NCBI GenBank assembly: GCA_000165425.1
Contig: CT868651.1
Coordinates: 124,001-188,000, forward strand
Source of the DNA: Paramecium tetraurelia
Lineage: Eukaryota
Direction of reading: 5' to 3'
Length of the DNA: 64,000 nt
The number at the start of each line of letters is the position of its first letter. Positions within the stretch are counted from its first letter, which is position 1. Positions 58,708-64,000 of the stretch are shown here, in pieces. The notes below the pieces were generated by a model. It worked only from the letters and a program-made list of their open reading frames with translations. It had not been told where the DNA came from and ran no database searches. Both the position numbers and the translations under genes were made by a program.

Positions 58708-60748
58708 TCATCCTCTTTTCTCTGGAGAAACAGGTTGTGATTTCCTTTAAGTGTAATTCTTTTATGTTTATTAATGTTAAATGTTTTTTAATTCAACATC
58801 AAAACTATACCCATCAAACAAAGCTACAACTTACAAATTTTCATACATTACACAGTATCCCTCCTTAATAGTCCCTGATTCTCCATTAGCTATTCTTCAT
58901 TCAATTGAGTCTCTTCTGATATTTAATTCTGAAAATCGAAATTATCATCAACAGCCTAATCATTCTAACAAATTCAATACCCCTGGAACATAAAGAGCTT
59001 AAACTTTCTTTTTTAATAAATCATCCCAAGGAAACCCTTTCAACCAAGAATGATGCAAAATCTCTTCAATCCCGTTACTCCCAAGTCTTCTTTCTGGCTT
59101 TCTCAATATTAACTAACAATTTCATCAATCAAGATGTACCTAATTTACAAAATCAAGGGAACTCTCACTCCAACCTATCGGCAACTCTTCCCTTTTAACT
59201 TGAACTTATTTCGCTAGAATTTATTCTCTGATATCTTATCTAGTTCTACCATTGTAAGGTCTTCTTCCAAGCATCAATTCATATGTTATGACACCTAGTG
59301 CATAATAATCAACCACAACTGAATGATCCATTCTACACATTACCTCAGGTGCCATATATCCAGGTGTTCCTGATGTATCTCCAGCATTATTTCCTTTATT
59401 CATTCTAGCTATTCCTAAATCTGTTAATCTCATATATCCATCCTCGTCTAATACCAAGTTTTCAGGTTTCAAATCTCTATGGATAATCCCATTTTAATGC
59501 AAATAAGTTAACGCCAATAATATGCAAGCCACGAAGAATTCTATAATAATATAAAGCGATGTTTACTAGTTTAAGCTTCACTAAATCTTCTCATTTTTCC
59601 TAGATGAAATCTAAGATCTCCTCCAGTCAATAAATCAATAATCAAAAACAGATTTTCCCTATCTTAAAATGCATACCACATATTAACTAAAAAGGGATGA
59701 TGTAGATGCTCTAATAAGTATTTCTCATTTAAAACCGAATTAACACTTCTTTTTTAGATTACTTTAGCCTTTGACATTTCTTTTAGTGCATACAATTTTT
59801 TATTCCTTTTCATTTCTACTCTCCAAACTCTTCCAAATCCACCTTTACCAATTACATACAGAAATTTAAAATGCACTCTATTTACTTGTTCTTCTATCTT
59901 CTAACTTAAAACTTAAGTTTTTTCTGATATCTCACCTGTAGATTTTCTTCTGATATCACTTAATTTAGATTCGTTCTAATTAACTTTGCTTTTTGTCATT
60001 GAATCATTAGGAGTTATTTTGCCTTTATTTGAATTTTCATTATTTTTTGGAGAATTTGGAGCTGATTCTACCAATCCAGAATTGATTATCTAATTTAAAT
60101 TCAATAAGATACAACTGAAAATTTGGGTCCTTATTAATTTAATTTCAATTTAAACGAAGTTTGAGTATTACTTAAGACATGACTTTTGGATTCAATTCTT
60201 TTTGGAATTACCTTTGATTTCACGCTAAAACTATTTTAATATAACTATGAGCTGCTTAAATTGCTTTTTTGATAGTAATTATTTAAAAAATTGTCCATGT
60301 TTTGATAAAATTATGGTTTATTGTCTTTAGGTACTTGTCTTGATTAAGGACGTGATTCTTAGAGTTGCTGCAGATGACTCTAAATTTGTTTTTATAAAAA
60401 AGTTTATTGCATTTGATATTGTTTTTCACGATTAGGGGATTGATGTGCTGAAACTGAGCTAGTGACTTTGAACTCTCTTTTACTATCAGGTTCGCATACT
60501 TGGTTTTTTGTGCTTACCTTTACCTTAAGTAAAGGTGATGCATTAATTACAACTCTTTTCTTTCCACAAATATTGCAGTTCTTTTAATTACAATAACATT
60601 AGGTTATATCTACTTTTTTATCCCAATTACCTGATTACTTAATATTTAGTTGAATTTTATTAACAGGTTCCCCTTTAAATTTAATTTTACTATTAAGTTA
60701 TTATTTTATAAGTAAATCTCTTAAGTTTTTTGCATTCTAATGACTCAT
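58708..60748 (-). CDS. AGC-group Ser/Thr kinase with long N-terminal extension
   Basis: VIGKGGFGRVW; YALKEMSK; HPFLVNMWYAFQD; TGGDLRFH; IHRDLKPENLV; TDLGIAR; SGTPGYMAPEV. Confidence 0.92.
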
Positions 60749-61196
60749 TTGATAATTAATTTTTATTATAAGTTAATATAAATAATTAGATAAAATAATA
60801 GTCAAACATTTTATTAAATTCAATAAACTTTACAATTTTAATATATCTCATTGTTTTCATGCAAAGATATTAGAAAATCAAAATTTATAAATTGAAAAGG
60901 ATTTCATTTATACAATTTCGTAACTGTGCATTATTTTATTTATTTTATGCCACTTATCTTAATTAAGATTCCTTTTAAATTCATTCAAATATAATTAGAT
61001 CATGAAAGAATACATTTAATAGTATCAAGAAGAATAGACTGGACGGTTGGTTGAGTATAAAAGGGAATGAATGCTAAATATCTAGTATAGTATTCAATTA
61101 TTATTTAATATTTTATGTAATATATAAAAACTTAATCGATATTATTCCTCTATGGATTATTTGATAGCATCTAATTCATGAAGGGACTCAGAAGAT

Positions 61197-62171
61197 ATGC
61201 TTTTGATAAATAAGACAAATATTGCATTGAAATCTAAAAATATTTAAAGCAAGCAATATAATTTGCTGCCAAAAAATTGGCTACCATTATTTTTATAGAC
61301 TTCATCGTATATTTGTTGTCTCTATTATCAATTCCAAAGCTATTCTTAATGTTGATTCAAATCATATCAGTTGTCTTCTACCTTGAAAACAATATTCGGT
61401 AATTGGTATATGTAGGCAAAATTACATAAACAGCAATTTAATATGAGACAAATGTGAAACAGAATAGGCAGTTTTTGATTTACAACTTAAAAAGAGACAA
61501 TAATGTAGGATTCTCCACTCTAATTGATTAAGTTAAATTAACATTGTAGGCTTTACTTTTCAGCTTTTTATTATTGCTTCAAACATCACTATTTGACATC
61601 TTGGTTATAATTCTACCAGAAAATACATTAATATAATTGATAATCAAACATTTAGATTATTTACTTTATGCGGTCTTTATAACAACAGGTTATTTATCTT
61701 TAAAGATTCCCTATCAGGATCACTTGCCTTATTATCTACATACATATATAGGTTATTTAATAGGTTATTCTGTGATTTTGTCATACTTTTTGAATGTTTA
61801 CTTTAGTTTTCCAAAATTAGGTATAGTTTTCTCTATTTTGTCTCCAATATGTTTGTTGAGGGAATTTTAGATTGACGCTCCTTTGATAACAGAGATAGAA
61901 GAGAAATCATTCCGCGAAAGTATGTAATTAAGGTATTTTAGATTTGGGAATTTTGATAAAGAACTTTTTAGGAGAGGAAGTGATATCGAGGACATCATAT
62001 GAACACCATTTGAAAATGGCAGAAAATGATAAAGAATACAAACTAAAGTTAAGAAAAACAATTGGTTGGTTTACACTAGCGAGAGGATTAAGACCATACG
62101 TTATTAATCCATTGAATAAAGCAATTATAATTTTTATGAAGACTTACAATTCTTTGATAGGAGTTGTGTGA
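61197..62171 (+). CDS. Hypothetical multi-pass membrane protein
   Basis: Ciliate-code frame MLFDKQDKYCIEIQ...; several hydrophobic segments; 22-nt intron 61920-61941; an upstream in-frame ATG (61152) is cut off by a TGA. Confidence 0.6.
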
Positions 62172-62217
62172 ATTAAAGATCTTATAACATTTTTAACAAT
62201 TTGTAGATGTATCATTT

Positions 62218-63855
62218 TCATTACTTGATTTTTTATTTAACTAAGCATTCTTTCAATACAAACTCGAATTCATTAAATGAAACAGATCCATCTTTATTGT
62301 GATCAAAAAAGGTAAAGATGGCTTTAGCTTCTTCATCTGTCACAGTTTGATCAATTTTCTTTAATAGTTTGCCTAATTCTGACGCATCTAGTTCATGATT
62401 AGCTGATTTATCATACTAGAATTATAAGAACAATTACCTTGTTAAACAAATCTAAAAGATTAATATTGTATTTGACAATAGATATCTTGAGTTTTTCAAT
62501 TACTGATCTTACTCTATCATCAAGTGACCCTGCTTATATATCTTATTGTGGTTTCATAAGAATACTGACCTTCTTTTTAGTCCTGCTGACTTCAGATGCA
62601 GTCATTCTGCACTATGTTTAATTTTAATTAATAAATTACATCATTTTCTTCCAACCATTTTTTGAATTCATTAAACTCTATTAGATTATTTCCATCATCA
62701 TCAAATTTATTGAAAATATACTCAATCTCCTCTCTAGTCAGATTTTTATCTACTCTCTATAAGAACTTCCCTAACTCATTGACATTTAATGCTTTATCCT
62801 TGGTCATATCTAGTTCTGCAAATAGTTCTCCAATATCAATCTATTCTTTAATAATCATCTGTCTTATATCATTGATCAAATAGGTAGCTTTATCTTCCAA
62901 AATGCTGACATTTTTAATGAAATCTGTAAAGTGTCCTTTAAATAAAGGATGTCGATAGATCTCATCCCAAGACAATCTATCTTTTTCCTCTGCTTACAAG
63001 CATCCTGTTAAAAATTCCTAGGCTTCCTTAGAGATTTAAGGTCCTTTGAATGACAAAGGCTGACTTCTAATATTTTTTAGAAGTTCTTAAGGGGATCTAG
63101 CAGTCCAAGGAGCTAAATAATTGATAAAACAGAGAATATTTACTTTTTCCGTAGAGTGCTTCATAAAAGATGAAAGCTATACTCCAAATATCAGTCTTGG
63201 AAGTGTACTTTTTATTATCCAAGATTTATGGTGACATATAGAGTGGTGTTCCTACTAATGATGCTAGCATATCCTTTTTAAAATTGTCGACACATTTTGC
63301 AAATCCAAAATCTGCTAATTTGAAGGTCTAGAATATGATTTTAATTTTTATGTACTCCTTTATCTATTAATATGTTGGCTGGTTTCAAATCTCTATGAAT
63401 GATTCCATTTTTAATTAGTTATATGAATCCATTCAAAATGTCAATCATAAATTTGACTGCATCCTTCTCAGGCATTGTTTTCTTTTATGCCACATAACTG
63501 ATTATATAACATTTTTACATACTTTTCAATCAATTTATCTAGATCTCCACTATCACAATATTCCTGAATTATATAATAATTGTTATTGGTTTCCATCACA
63601 TCCATTAATGATACTATGTTTGGACTCTTCAGTTTTTGCATCACTTTTATCTCTGAGATCAAACCCTCTCTTAAATAATCATCTCTAAATTTCGATCAAT
63701 CTAAAATACGCATTTATCACAGATTTGTTTAACACTTTTATAGCCACCTTTACTCCTGTCTTTTCATCTCTTCCTCTGTACACTTAGGCATATGAACCCT
63801 CTCCTATGATATCCTTAGGATTGAATAGATATTTGTCAATTCTTTTCTCCCCCAT
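62218..63855 (-). CDS. Ser/Thr kinase with four C-terminal EF-hands (CDPK-like architecture)
   Basis: [45 protein letters not shown] loops DMTKDKALNVNE, DDDGNNLIEFNE, DKSANHELDASE, DHNKDGSVSFNE. Confidence 0.9.
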
Positions 63856-63870
63856 AAAATAAAAATAAAT

Positions 63871-64000
63871 TCAATCATCTCCATCATAATTATATTCATC
63901 ATCCAATCTTATAATTAAACCCATCTAAAACACGTATCCTTTACTTTCTTTCCATATCTTTCTCCTTTCTTCACTCCTCTTCATCCCAATCTCCATTGAT
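63871..64000 (-). CDS. 3' end of an unidentified gene (partial)
   Basis: Frame ...EERRKIWKESKGYVFQMGLIIRLDDEYNYDGDD* ending at 63871-63873. Confidence 0.45.

Noticed and set aside
61002..61070. 22-codon mini ORF (MKEYIQQYQEEQTGRLVEYKRE)
   Set aside because: Too short, with no support from homology or structure.

Overview
Gene-dense, very AT-rich ciliate macronuclear DNA, almost certainly Paramecium (tetraurelia-like). Conserved proteins read through TAA/TAG as Gln, TGA is the only stop, and genes carry tiny (~20-30 nt) GT..AG introns, so the supplied standard-code ORF track is mostly fragments or spurious. I translated by eye with the ciliate code and found about 35 genes. Housekeeping and signalling genes: 2Fe-2S ferredoxin, dynein LC8, a tandem pair of SIMPL/DUF541 genes, NEK, CaMK-like, LAMMER, ERK7/8, AGC and EF-hand-fused kinases, a USP7-like protease, TVP23, a K+-independent H+-PPase, Sec14, a trichocyst matrix protein, an unkempt-like CCCH protein, a cNMP-binding protein, a Sel1 protein and CDC48. 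There is also a notable set of chromatin and small-RNA genes: a divergent SPT16, two ET-domain genes, a NASP chaperone, a Piwi (Ptiwi01/09-like) and a KDM6/UTX-like JmjC protein that has lost its iron ligands. Other oddities are an ATGA stop/start overlap, a delta-12 desaturase pseudogene with an internal deletion, and extra-A frameshifts in the Piwi and CDC48 genes that are probably sequencing errors. Coordinates are hand-derived and not every intron was mapped.
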